Positions 10,654 to 19,561 of a stretch of 64,000 nucleotides of DNA are shown piece by piece. Below the pieces are notes generated by a model. It was not told the DNA's origin, did not search any database, and saw only the letters and a program-made list of their open reading frames with translations. Position 1 is the stretch's first letter, and each line of letters opens with the position of its first letter. The position numbers and the translations under genes are program-made. The DNA comes from a virus (Duplodnaviria > Caudoviricetes), in the IMG/VR virus record IMGVR_UViG_3300028886_000041; one strand, 5' to 3'.

Positions 10654-10758
10654 CTTCATTTTAACTAACCTAGTATTTAGAAAAGAAACATTGAATAATT
10701 ATTTGTATTGCTGCAATAATACACAGTACTGGTACGAAATAAAATAATGCATTCATTG

Positions 10759-11064
10759 TTACTTAATAATATAATTAGCTCGCAACATAGCATTACGATT
10801 CTTGCGCCTCGGATCCTTAACAGATATATAATAGAGAAAACTATTAATTACCCTTTTAGGTACCATCATAAACGGAATCTCATATGCTTTAGCAGGGACG
10901 TCAACATCGTATGTAACATTATCCGGCCTATAGTATTCATTACCGTTGATATATCTCACCAAACACCATGCATTATATACCCGGGTTGCGATTCCGGTAT
11001 CCGCATCCACAAAATAATAAGTGAACTCAGACTTCGGTGTTTTATATACTGTTATATTTTTCAT
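10759..11064 (-). CDS. hypothetical protein
   Basis: Start moved to MKNITVY, just after the upstream gene's stop. Confidence 0.6.
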   Translation of the reverse strand: MKNITVYKTPKSEFTYYFVDADTGIATRVYNAWCLVRYINGNEYYRPDNVTYDVDVPAKAYEIPFMMVPKRVINSFLYYISVKDPRRKNRNAMLRANYIIK

Positions 11065-11068
11065 TGTT

Positions 11069-11368
11069 TTATTTGTATCTTTCTGTTCTTGTTTTATCTT
11101 GAACAACGATTTCATTGGTTGTTTCATCAACCGAAATAGTTGCATTGGTTGAAAAAATATCATTTTCAGGAATATATACAAAATCATTTTCTAAAAATAC
11201 CCTATAAATAAATTCTACTTCGTTGTCTCGTCTTCCTATTTTTATTTCCGTTATTTGACCTGTTATAATGCTAGAATATTTTGCTCTAATATCATCATGT
11301 ATAACATTGCGAGCATCTTTAATATAAGCACATACCAAAGAACCAAGTTGATATTTAGACGTCTTCAT
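11069..11368 (-). CDS. hypothetical protein
   Basis: Operonic ORF. Confidence 0.6.
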   Translation of the reverse strand: MKTSKYQLGSLVCAYIKDARNVIHDDIRAKYSSIITGQITEIKIGRRDNEVEFIYRVFLENDFVYIPENDIFSTNATISVDETTNEIVVQDKTRTERYK

Positions 11369-11567
11369 CTTTTTCTCCTAATGTTTTGATATAATTAATT
11401 GTAAACGCATCAGTTGGCATACCAAATAGAATAGCCCATCCAAGCATATACATAGCATAATTAATATCATATAGATACCAAACATACAATGAAACAAATG
11501 CAAGTATCACTGTAAGATGTAATTCGATTACTCGAAGCTTCATACTTAGGTTTTGTAATTTATTCAT
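11355..11567 (-). CDS. small membrane protein
   Basis: Two hydrophobic segments; promoter motif. Confidence 0.6.
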   Translation of the reverse strand: MNKLQNLSMKLRVIELHLTVILAFVSLYVWYLYDINYAMYMLGWAILFGMPTDAFTINYIKTLGEKDEDV

Positions 11568-11587
11568 AAGTTTATTATATATGAGAG

Positions 11588-11980
11588 TTATTTTTTACGG
11601 GTGCCAGCAGACATACGTAATGGTAATATTTTTTCTTTCATGAGTTTATCAATTAAAAATAATAATTCAATTGATTTTTGATTGAGTAAATAAACAAATG
11701 GTGATCTACTAAATTGTCTTATCATATTTGTTAATCTTCTATTAAATATATTAACATCTCTTGATTTCATTAAATTACATATTGAATCTACTTGTTTTTT
11801 AGTTAACCAAAAATGTATCCATTGAAATTCTCGTTCTGCACATTCTTTTTCAATAAACGCAAAAATTTCTTTGGAAATCTGCCAAGGAGTTGAATCAATA
11901 AGTTTATCGCACATCTTATTATGTTCAACATCACCAACGCACATTCGAGGCTTTTCGATTCGTTCTCCAATTTTAAACAT
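11588..11980 (-). CDS. hypothetical protein
   Basis: Promoter motif upstream; stop lies within the next promoter motif. Confidence 0.65.
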   Translation of the reverse strand: MFKIGERIEKPRMCVGDVEHNKMCDKLIDSTPWQISKEIFAFIEKECAEREFQWIHFWLTKKQVDSICNLMKSRDVNIFNRRLTNMIRQFSRSPFVYLLNQKSIELLFLIDKLMKEKILPLRMSAGTRKK

Positions 11981-12030
11981 TATAATCTTTCTTTTTAATT
12001 TATTAAAATATTATACAAAAGAGTTAAAAA

Positions 12031-12090
12031 AATAAATCACTTTTTATGCCACTTGAAAGGAAGAAAGAGTGACAAACGATAAGTGAGAAC
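12031..12090 (-). ncRNA. candidate anti-Shine-Dalgarno loop hairpin RNA, copy 2 (tRNA-Leu trailer)
   Basis: TCACTT/AAGTGA, inner stem TGTCACT/AGTGGCA (G-U only on minus strand), loop CTTTCTTCCTTTCA. Confidence 0.6.
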
Positions 12091-12125
12091 GCAGAAATAT
12101 TTATGAATATACAATTAAAATAAAA

Positions 12126-12512
12126 TGGTACCCGGGATGGGACTCGAACCCATACGACCTTGCGATCAGCGGATTTTCTTACCACTATAGTTTTCACTAC
12201 CAGTTATCCAACTGTTTGTGGTCTGGACTTTCCCTTCATCTTCAACATAACTTGGTCAGATGTGCTCCATCAAGTCTCTACACCTTCTTTTATAAATACC
12301 TTGATATGTTTAGAACTTCAAATAGTTCCTTGGTTACTCCTTATCAAGTAGGTTATAACTAAACGTTATAGATTTGCCACGTATTATAAAAGCTTGGCTC
12401 GGGATTAGCATTTTAAAGCCTTCCCCGAATTTGAAGCATTCTACTTAAGTATTTCTACTTAAGCACTCAACTTTGCCTAAGTCCGCTGCGTCTACCATTC
12501 CGCCACCCGGGC
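12126..12512 (-). tRNA. trnL: tRNA-Leu(UAA) split by a group I intron (exons 12479-12512 and 12126-12177)
   Basis: Exon 1 GCCCGGGTGGCGGAATGGTAGACGCAGCGGACTT; exon 2 AAAATCCGC...GGGTTCGAGTCCCATCCCGGGTACCA; splicing gives GCGGA-CTTAAAA-TCCGC. Confidence 0.9.
12178..12478 (-). mobile_element. group I intron (trnL-UAA type, 301 nt, no ORF)
   Basis: Inserted after U34 and ends in G; core-like blocks CAAATTCGGGGAA, AATCCCGAGCCAA, GGTGTAGAGACT, GAAAGTCC. Confidence 0.85.
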
Positions 12513-12539
12513 ATAAATTATATTTTAAAGAACGTGAAA

Positions 12540-12692
12540 GTGAAGGAAATTTGTTTCATTGGATATTAGATCTCTCACCACAAATTTCCAAAAGGTGTGG
12601 TATGATTAAGTAACGTTTTATCATACGAATACGGAGCATTATGGGAAGTTTTAACGTGTAACGTCTACCAGCTCAGGTACTCTATCCACGGA
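12540..12692 (-). ncRNA. candidate structured RNA between promoter and tRNA-Leu
   Basis: Stems GAGTAC/GTATTC, GAGC/GCTC, GTATGAT/ATCATAC, GGAAATTTG/CAAATTTCC; no ORF. Confidence 0.45.
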
Positions 12693-12733
12693 AATATTTT
12701 TAATTATGTTTTAATTTTAAAGAAGAGTTATTT

Positions 12734-12928
12734 TTAATTATTTAATTCCTCCTCTGTTTGTTCGAATTTAGTCCAATAATAAAATTGTACTTTAGCAATT
12801 TCTTCATCGACTTTATCGTAAATATTATCTACAATATTATCGATTTCAACGTCAATGTTTAACATAACATTAACAGGTAATTTCTTTACTAAATATTCTT
12901 TTATCGCTTTCTTAAATTTTTCTTTCAT
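12734..12928 (-). CDS. hypothetical protein
   Basis: Promoter motif immediately upstream. Confidence 0.6.
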   Translation of the reverse strand: MKEKFKKAIKEYLVKKLPVNVMLNIDVEIDNIVDNIYDKVDEEIAKVQFYYWTKFEQTEEELNN

Positions 12929-12975
12929 GGTATAATTATAAAAAAGAGTTAAAATTATTTATAATCCTCTACAAA

Positions 12976-13494
12976 TTATTCAAATGAAATGTAATCATCA
13001 TTAAAAATAGTATATCTACTATCTTCCATAATATCTACCATTTTATTGATAATTTTTTCATCGGTCAATCCTTCAAATGTTTTTTCCAACATATCACTAC
13101 TTTCGTGATTTATTATATATTGTTCATCATATAGATAATCTCGAGCTATATTATAATAAGTTAATTTGGAAAGTTGCTCCTGGTCAAAATCAATTATAAT
13201 ATTGCACCTATCCGCGTATTTTGCAACAGCTTGTTTAAATAGTTTAAACAATTTCGGATACCATGCACAATATACATAAAGATATTGTATTTTTTGTTCG
13301 GGTGATTGGTATCTATCATCACCATCACCAATATAATCTACACTAAAACTTTGTGTAGAAAATTCATCTGTAAGTTTTAACAAATAATTACCTGGAAGTC
13401 TAGTTATTATTCCTTCTTTTTCTTTATTGAAAGTTATAGCATGTGAACTAGATGAATTAGTTTCGAATATTCCTTTTCTTATTTTTTTAATCAT
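12976..13494 (-). CDS. IRxxxFETNSSSxH family protein
   Basis: IRKGIFETNSSSSHAI N-terminal motif and INHES motif. Confidence 0.75.
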   Translation of the reverse strand: MIKKIRKGIFETNSSSSHAITFNKEKEGIITRLPGNYLLKLTDEFSTQSFSVDYIGDGDDRYQSPEQKIQYLYVYCAWYPKLFKLFKQAVAKYADRCNIIIDFDQEQLSKLTYYNIARDYLYDEQYIINHESSDMLEKTFEGLTDEKIINKMVDIMEDSRYTIFNDDYISFE

Positions 13495-13514
13495 AATATA
13501 ATATTAATAGAGAG

Positions 13515-14378
13515 TTATTTTTTAAATGTTGTTCTTCTTGCAAGGTCGGCAATGGTTTCGCCTTCCGTATATTTTGCAATTATATCTAATTGAGCTTGAG
13601 CTTGTTTTATTATAGATTTGATAGAATCCTTCACACCTACTGAAATATATTTTCTTTCATTTAATTTTTTTATTTCAACACGCCATTGGCCGTTATACAT
13701 TTTTTTACATTTCATATGAAGTTCAAGTTCATTTTTCACTTCATCAATATCATTCCATTTGGTTATTAACTTTAAAAACTCACCGTCATTTAACTTATCC
13801 GGAGATAAATCAAAATAATTAAAAGTTTTTATTAAATGTTTTATACCACATATTGAAAAATGTGTATATATAAATCCTAGAAAACTTTGAGTATAAAAAG
13901 TTAAGAATAGATCAGAAAAAACTATTGTTAATTCAGTATTACAATATTCTTCATAATATAATTTATACATATATTCGTATAATTCATATTTTAATGATTT
14001 TTTAGCATCCTCAATTGAAGAACAAATAGTTGAAGTCATACACTCAATTGGCTTATCAGACACGATAGAAACTGAATATTCTTTTCTACCAGAAACATCA
14101 TAAGAATATATATTAAGTTCGACTGGTTTCTTACTAAGAAACCACATATCATTAACTAAAAATGATTTACTGATATATTCTGATCCTATTAATTTGCGTT
14201 TCGAAACTAATTCAGACTCCATTATAGGAGGATATTCTAATGTTTTTGATTCATTAATCGATTTAAATTGATTTTCATCTAGTTTAAATTGTTTAGTAAG
14301 ATCATCTAACTTTTCTTGAAGTTTTTCAGCATGCTTACGCCAATAAATTAATTCTTCTTCTAAATCTGTTAATCTCAT
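13515..14378 (-). CDS. hypothetical protein
   Basis: Start MRLTDL overlaps the upstream stop (ATGA). Confidence 0.65.
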   Translation of the reverse strand: MRLTDLEEELIYWRKHAEKLQEKLDDLTKQFKLDENQFKSINESKTLEYPPIMESELVSKRKLIGSEYISKSFLVNDMWFLSKKPVELNIYSYDVSGRKEYSVSIVSDKPIECMTSTICSSIEDAKKSLKYELYEYMYKLYYEEYCNTELTIVFSDLFLTFYTQSFLGFIYTHFSICGIKHLIKTFNYFDLSPDKLNDGEFLKLITKWNDIDEVKNELELHMKCKKMYNGQWRVEIKKLNERKYISVGVKDSIKSIIKQAQAQLDIIAKYTEGETIADLARRTTFKK

Positions 14379-14830
14379 TTTTCTTCCTCTTCTTTTATTT
14401 TTTGTGTTAGTTCTTTCATCAATTTTGGGCAATTTTTCCATCTGTATGAACCCACAACATAAATAGATTCTTTATCAGGAGAAGCAGGATTCGCAAATTT
14501 AGTTTGAACTATCCATTCACATTCCGGGCATTTAGTCTCTAAATGTTGTTGAATTAATTGATCTTTAAGTTCTTTATGGTGCATAGATTGTGGAACAAAC
14601 ACAAAAAAGAAACAATACAAACCAAATACAACACCTACAACCAAAAAATTAAAAATAATCGATGCTATTAATGTATTATTTTTATCCGCAATATAGTATT
14701 TTTTAAAATACTGTAATATAGTGTCGGTATAGTAAACTCCGCGTTCCTTATCCCTTATGTATGTCCATACTATTTCCATAATAGTAAAAAGAATAGAACA
14801 TACTAATATAGCAACAAGCAAATTAATCAT
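14375..14830 (-). CDS. 2-TM membrane protein with KCPxCxW motif
   Basis: Tandem paralog of 14823..15287. Confidence 0.7.
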   Translation of the reverse strand: MINLLVAILVCSILFTIMEIVWTYIRDKERGVYYTDTILQYFKKYYIADKNNTLIASIIFNFLVVGVVFGLYCFFFVFVPQSMHHKELKDQLIQQHLETKCPECEWIVQTKFANPASPDKESIYVVGSYRWKNCPKLMKELTQKIKEEEEK

Positions 14831-15287
14831 TGTATTTTTCTTTCATTTTTTGTTTTAATTCTTTTTCTAATGTGTCGCAAGGTATGCAATTATAATGTTG
14901 ATATACAGGACTCAATTCACCAGTGTTTTTATCAAATTTATACTCGGTATAATCATTTATCCATTTACAATCAGGACATTTGTTTTGTAAATGTTGTTCA
15001 ATTAATGATTGTTTTATATTATATTCTTCGCGATTTCGGGGCTCTATAATTGTAAATGAAACATATAACAATACAAACATAGAAGATATAAATAGAGATG
15101 GTATAATAAAAAATATAATCGACCATCGATCAGATATAAAATCCCTCAGATAATCTTTAAATGTATTAAGTGATTTGTATGGTCTATATATTGGAGAATT
15201 AAAAGTATAGTCCAACCACAACAATATAGGATATATTATTATTCCTAAAATTATTGCACCAATTATACTACCAGTTAGTAAGTTCAT
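14823..15287 (-). CDS. 2-TM membrane protein with KCPxCxW motif
   Basis: QHLQNKCPDCKW; paralog of the adjacent gene. Confidence 0.7.
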   Translation of the reverse strand: MNLLTGSIIGAIILGIIIYPILLWLDYTFNSPIYRPYKSLNTFKDYLRDFISDRWSIIFFIIPSLFISSMFVLLYVSFTIIEPRNREEYNIKQSLIEQHLQNKCPDCKWINDYTEYKFDKNTGELSPVYQHYNCIPCDTLEKELKQKMKEKYND

Positions 15288-15529
15288 TATACGATTTCAA
15301 ATTTCTGTTCTGATAATTTTTTAATCCATTCCATGCACCATTTATATGCATCTTTTTTTGTAATAAATGGATCACCAAAATAAATTTGTGTCGAATTAAT
15401 TTCGTCTGAATCTGGTTCACGGATTACCAAGTATACTTCACTTTGATAATAATCAGTCCTCACTTTAAAATACACAGGAAATCCTTCTACTTTAATTCGA
15501 AATGTTTGTAATTTAAATTTTCCACTCAT
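15287..15529 (-). CDS. hypothetical protein
   Basis: Operonic ORF. Confidence 0.6.
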   Translation of the reverse strand: MSGKFKLQTFRIKVEGFPVYFKVRTDYYQSEVYLVIREPDSDEINSTQIYFGDPFITKKDAYKWCMEWIKKLSEQKFEIV

Positions 15530-15553
15530 AATTCTATTTTAAATAAAAGTTGT

Positions 15554-16291
15554 TTATTCCCTACCAAACATGAATTGATAATGAGGATCAATAACTATTT
15601 CATATAAATCATCTATACTAGTAATTATATCGATAGCTTCTCTATATTTTAATTCCCATGTATTAATATGTTCTGCATTTTCTTTCATGAAATTCAAATC
15701 TAAAAGCAAATGCTCAGCTTCCCGTTTCTTCTCCCAATCATAAATACTATAATTTTCTGTATTATTAGGTAAATGACAGTGAATAATTTCATTATATTTC
15801 CACCATTGCATTTCTACACATTTATCTATTATACGTTTACTTAATTTTTCAACGGGTTTAGATGCGTTATGCAATGTTATATTATGAATATCAATAATAT
15901 AATCATCAAAATCTGAATATGGTATATCATCTATATCTTTATGATAATCATCAGATTCATCATAATAACCATATTGAAGAGCGATATTGATATTATGTTT
16001 ACATTTGATGAGATTACATAAATCCATCATTATAATTTTACCTTTATCCTCCCAATATGGAGACCCTTTAATTCCTTTGTATAAACTAGTAAAAATAAGT
16101 TGAAGTTTTTCTATTGGTGTTTCATATAATATTTTAAATCTAAAAAGATCAATTGGAATTAAAGGAATATTTAATATAGAGCCATCTTTAAATTTAAATT
16201 TCGAATATTTTGAAATATCAAAGCCTGCATTATTGCGAACATCGCGTTTAAAAATTAAACTATGTTTTGGACTATTCATTTTCTCACTCAT
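15554..16291 (-). CDS. hypothetical protein
   Basis: SD and promoter cassette duplicated at 26109-26187. Confidence 0.7.
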   Translation of the reverse strand: MSEKMNSPKHSLIFKRDVRNNAGFDISKYSKFKFKDGSILNIPLIPIDLFRFKILYETPIEKLQLIFTSLYKGIKGSPYWEDKGKIIMMDLCNLIKCKHNINIALQYGYYDESDDYHKDIDDIPYSDFDDYIIDIHNITLHNASKPVEKLSKRIIDKCVEMQWWKYNEIIHCHLPNNTENYSIYDWEKKREAEHLLLDLNFMKENAEHINTWELKYREAIDIITSIDDLYEIVIDPHYQFMFGRE

Positions 16292-16369
16292 TTTTTTTAT
16301 TCCTTTCTATGTTTATGTTTAATTTGTAAAAATATTATAAATAAGAGTTATTTTTAATATATTGTTTGT
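16289..16369 (-). repeat. ~80-bp promoter/5'UTR/RBS cassette, duplicated at 26109-26187
   Basis: Near-identical sequence, including the QTIY* tail of the upstream gene. Confidence 0.85.
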
Positions 16370-16614
16370 TTATTTTCTGGATAGTATGTATATCCACATT
16401 TTCTACAAACACACGGCGGGGGAACTATACCATTCCATATTGCTGGTGTATACATTTTGTTTCCACATTTAGGGCATGTATAAATCCATATCATACCTGG
16501 AGGTGGCATATCATTAAAATCGTCTTCATATTTAGGTGGGAAAGGTAGTCCAGGTAATTCTTTAAATACCGGATTGTTTTGTATAGATTTATCTGTTGTA
16601 TTTACATTATTCAT
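16354..16614 (-). CDS. small zinc-ribbon protein
   Basis: CPKCG...CRKCG. Confidence 0.7.
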   Translation of the reverse strand: MNNVNTTDKSIQNNPVFKELPGLPFPPKYEDDFNDMPPPGMIWIYTCPKCGNKMYTPAIWNGIVPPPCVCRKCGYTYYPENKQTIY

Positions 16615-16658
16615 TATCTTTCGCCTCTTTGAAACAATTATATACGAAATATATAATT

Positions 16659-17039
16659 CTATTTTGTATTTAAGTAATCTTTAAAATATTCTAACTGTTT
16701 AATTTGTTCCAAAATATATTTTTTAATAGTATTTTTAAATAATTTTTTTGTTAAATTTATATTAAATTTACTAAATAAAATATTCCCCTCAGTATTGGAT
16801 ATTTTGTATTCTGTATCTGAAATTTTATCTTCAATTTTTAAAATTTTAATCATAGTATTATATTCTGTTTCGTTAAGCCAATATGAATCACCTATAAACA
16901 TTGTATTTCCAATTTCTTGACTTAAAACGCAATTGCATGTATTACGTTTATTTTTAAGTTCATTATATAATTTAATAAATGTCCCATCAGAAGATACAGC
17001 GAAAGACATTTTTTCGAAAATTTTAATATCAGTTTTCAT
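16659..17039 (-). CDS. hypothetical protein
   Basis: Promoter motif upstream. Confidence 0.6.
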   Translation of the reverse strand: MKTDIKIFEKMSFAVSSDGTFIKLYNELKNKRNTCNCVLSQEIGNTMFIGDSYWLNETEYNTMIKILKIEDKISDTEYKISNTEGNILFSKFNINLTKKLFKNTIKKYILEQIKQLEYFKDYLNTK

Positions 17040-17115
17040 TATAAAAGTATTATAAAATAGAGTTATTTTTTTTCTATTTTATCAATTATTTTTATGATAA
17101 AAATATTGATATATT

Positions 17116-17307
17116 TTATTCAAATAAAGGCAAAATTAAATTTGCAGCAAATAATATAAGGACAATAACAAAGATCCAAGTTATTAAATCATAGCCATTG
17201 CGTCTCCAAAAGGGATAGCGACGCTCAAAAATATCGTAAGACATTATGAATAATATCCCGATCATTGCGAGTAATATAGGCGCTATAAATAAAAGTTCTG
17301 ATAGCAT
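17116..17307 (-). CDS. small 2-TM membrane protein
   Basis: Hydrophobic profile. Confidence 0.55.
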   Translation of the reverse strand: MLSELLFIAPILLAMIGILFIMSYDIFERRYPFWRRNGYDLITWIFVIVLILFAANLILPLFE

Positions 17308-17382
17308 ATTTAATTCTTGAATTAAAATCTATCCTAAGATATGTTATAGACACTTTTTCCAAAGTTTTTGTATTATATTTTA

Positions 17383-18321
17383 TTACAACCAATCATTTCT
17401 ATGTTCGAAAATATCTATATACATCTCCCGTAGATTTAAATTATTTATAGATTTTCGCTGCGTAGAAGTAGATTGTTTAGCATACTTTTCCGAAACCATA
17501 TCAATATACATTGTATGCGTCCCATCTTCACCCATATAATTTTTATCAATTATTTCTTTAGGAAATTGATTTAATATATCAAGTCGTTTAATTGCTAAAT
17601 TATCGAATGAAACAACTCCTTTAAAAGTTTTAACAAATTCTTTTATATTGTTTTTCCATATTTCAGTAGAACTTTTAGGCTCAACGCATCGCAAAGCTCT
17701 ACCAAAACATTTATAACCTAATATTAAAACTTTAGGATTCTTCCAATTACAATTATAAAGAATATTACTTATATCAGAATATTGATTAATACCTTCTATT
17801 ATATGGAGAACAATATTGGAAGATGCTTCTTGTAGTTCTGTATCTTCTAAGAATTTGTTAATATTATCAAAACGAACAGATATTCCCAACCCTTTTATTA
17901 ACCCAGTAAGAAGATAATACAATACTTGATATCTAAATTTACCAGTAGAATCGATATGCCTGTAGTTCATAGTCATATTAATAATATGGCCACGTTTTTT
18001 CGATTCTTTTAAAAACCAAGTTAAATCAGGGTGTTCGCATGGATTACCTCCTCCAATTGCGATTTCAATTCCGGCTGGAAGATTGCTTTTTTCAAGCAAT
18101 TCGTTTAATTTTTTGAGATCTCCATGTGAACCATTTGGTGTAGAATTTTCATGACAAAATATACATTCTACACCACTACATTTATTAGTTATTTTACAAT
18201 CAAAACTTTCAGGAAATTCGAGTTTAGGAGTGATGCCATATTTAGCATCATCCCATTCTCTTATTTTTGTACCATCTTCATAAATGGTTACATTAACTGG
18301 ACCGTTTTGATATTTGAACAT
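17383..18321 (-). CDS. radical SAM enzyme
   Basis: PESFDCKITNKC-SGVE-CIFC (CX4CX2C) and IAIGGGNP motif. Confidence 0.85.
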   Translation of the reverse strand: MFKYQNGPVNVTIYEDGTKIREWDDAKYGITPKLEFPESFDCKITNKCSGVECIFCHENSTPNGSHGDLKKLNELLEKSNLPAGIEIAIGGGNPCEHPDLTWFLKESKKRGHIINMTMNYRHIDSTGKFRYQVLYYLLTGLIKGLGISVRFDNINKFLEDTELQEASSNIVLHIIEGINQYSDISNILYNCNWKNPKVLILGYKCFGRALRCVEPKSSTEIWKNNIKEFVKTFKGVVSFDNLAIKRLDILNQFPKEIIDKNYMGEDGTHTMYIDMVSEKYAKQSTSTQRKSINNLNLREMYIDIFEHRNDWL

Positions 18322-18336
18322 AATTGAATATATTTT

Positions 18337-18546
18337 TTAATTTTCTAATGCTTGTCGGTCTTTAAACTCTAAAATTTTAAATAATATAGAGTCATAATTT
18401 TTGTTTTCACCCATGTCATACCTATGTAATTGCAAAAGATTATCTAAACATTCTACTTCATCTTTATTCAACCATAAGTATTTTTTATTATCAGAAATTA
18501 TTTTTTCAATATTTTCTAATTTTTCAATTATTTTTTCCGTTTGCAT
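18337..18546 (-). CDS. hypothetical protein
   Basis: Operonic ORF. Confidence 0.55.
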   Translation of the reverse strand: MQTEKIIEKLENIEKIISDNKKYLWLNKDEVECLDNLLQLHRYDMGENKNYDSILFKILEFKDRQALEN

Positions 18547-18742
18547 TTAATTTTTTAGATAGTGAATATTTGGTGATATAAAGTAATACAAGAAATACAA
18601 AATTAATACCCCAATCGATAAAAAATGGCAACACAACAAGCCACCAAGACCAATCGATATTATTTGTCAGTTTTAAACCAACAAATAATATCGTAAGAGC
18701 ACCTAAAAAAGATATATCATTACGAGGTGTAAAATTATTCAT
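18524..18742 (-). CDS. small membrane protein (LKLxxxIxWSWWxVxxP, TMEM185/fragile-X-F-like phage type)
   Basis: LTILFVGLKLTNNIDWSWWLVVLPF. Confidence 0.75.
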   Translation of the reverse strand: MNNFTPRNDISFLGALTILFVGLKLTNNIDWSWWLVVLPFFIDWGINFVFLVLLYITKYSLSKKLNANGKNN

Positions 18743-19312
18743 TTACTTTACCTTAGCTCGTTTAATTTTCTTTTCGATATATTCGTAATTATTACAAATT
18801 ATCTTTTGATAATTATCAGCCATCTTTTCAACGTCCTTACGAAGTTTAAGTACTGAATCCATATATTTCTTAGCTTCTTCTTCATATCTTTCAAGAAGTC
18901 TTTTAGAACATTCTGAATACACGTCATTGAAAAACAATGTATACTTAGTTTTGCCGTCTTCTTTCAACCCCGTAACTCTAACCTTAGTAAGGTGTTTATC
19001 AGTGTTAAATGAATTACCAACATTGGTAACTTCAATATTAGTAATTCCTTTCATACCGATTGCTCGCTTTTCAATCTTCGGGCACCCTGAACGTGTCGAT
19101 GAAATAAAATAAAATTCATCGATATCATAACCTCTAGTAGGATAAACTGCTTTTTCAATAGGAGTAGAAGCATCAACTATATTGAGTATTTGAGCTAATT
19201 TAATACTCAATTGATTGCGCTCTTTATCCGTAAGAGACGTTATATCACCGATAGATTGCCAAAAACTATCGATCGCGTTATTAACGATGTTTGATTTTAC
19301 TGTATATGCCAT
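18743..19312 (-). CDS. hypothetical protein
   Basis: SD and promoter motif. Confidence 0.7.
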   Translation of the reverse strand: MAYTVKSNIVNNAIDSFWQSIGDITSLTDKERNQLSIKLAQILNIVDASTPIEKAVYPTRGYDIDEFYFISSTRSGCPKIEKRAIGMKGITNIEVTNVGNSFNTDKHLTKVRVTGLKEDGKTKYTLFFNDVYSECSKRLLERYEEEAKKYMDSVLKLRKDVEKMADNYQKIICNNYEYIEKKIKRAKVK

Positions 19313-19366
19313 ATTTCCTTTATTTTTTATTTTTGTTATATATTTTATTTTAAACGAGAGTTATTT

Positions 19367-19561
19367 TTATTTTGCGTCATCAACCACTTCAAAACCATTG
19401 TCATTCGGTTTCGATGTAGAGGCAGTATTTTGTTGCTGCTTGTAAACAGTTTGACCAATTTCAGATAATGATTTATTCAATTCTTCAATTGATTTATTAA
19501 TTTCATCGATATTATCACCTTTAACAGCTGATTTAACATCTTCAATCAATGCTTTTATTTT
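19367..19561 (-). pseudogene. dnaK: orphan C-terminal fragment of a second dnaK
   Basis: KIKALIEDVKSAVKGDNIDEINKSIEELNKSLSEIGQTVY...FEVVDDAK aligns to the C-terminus of 27149..29023; no ATG or RBS. Confidence 0.75.
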
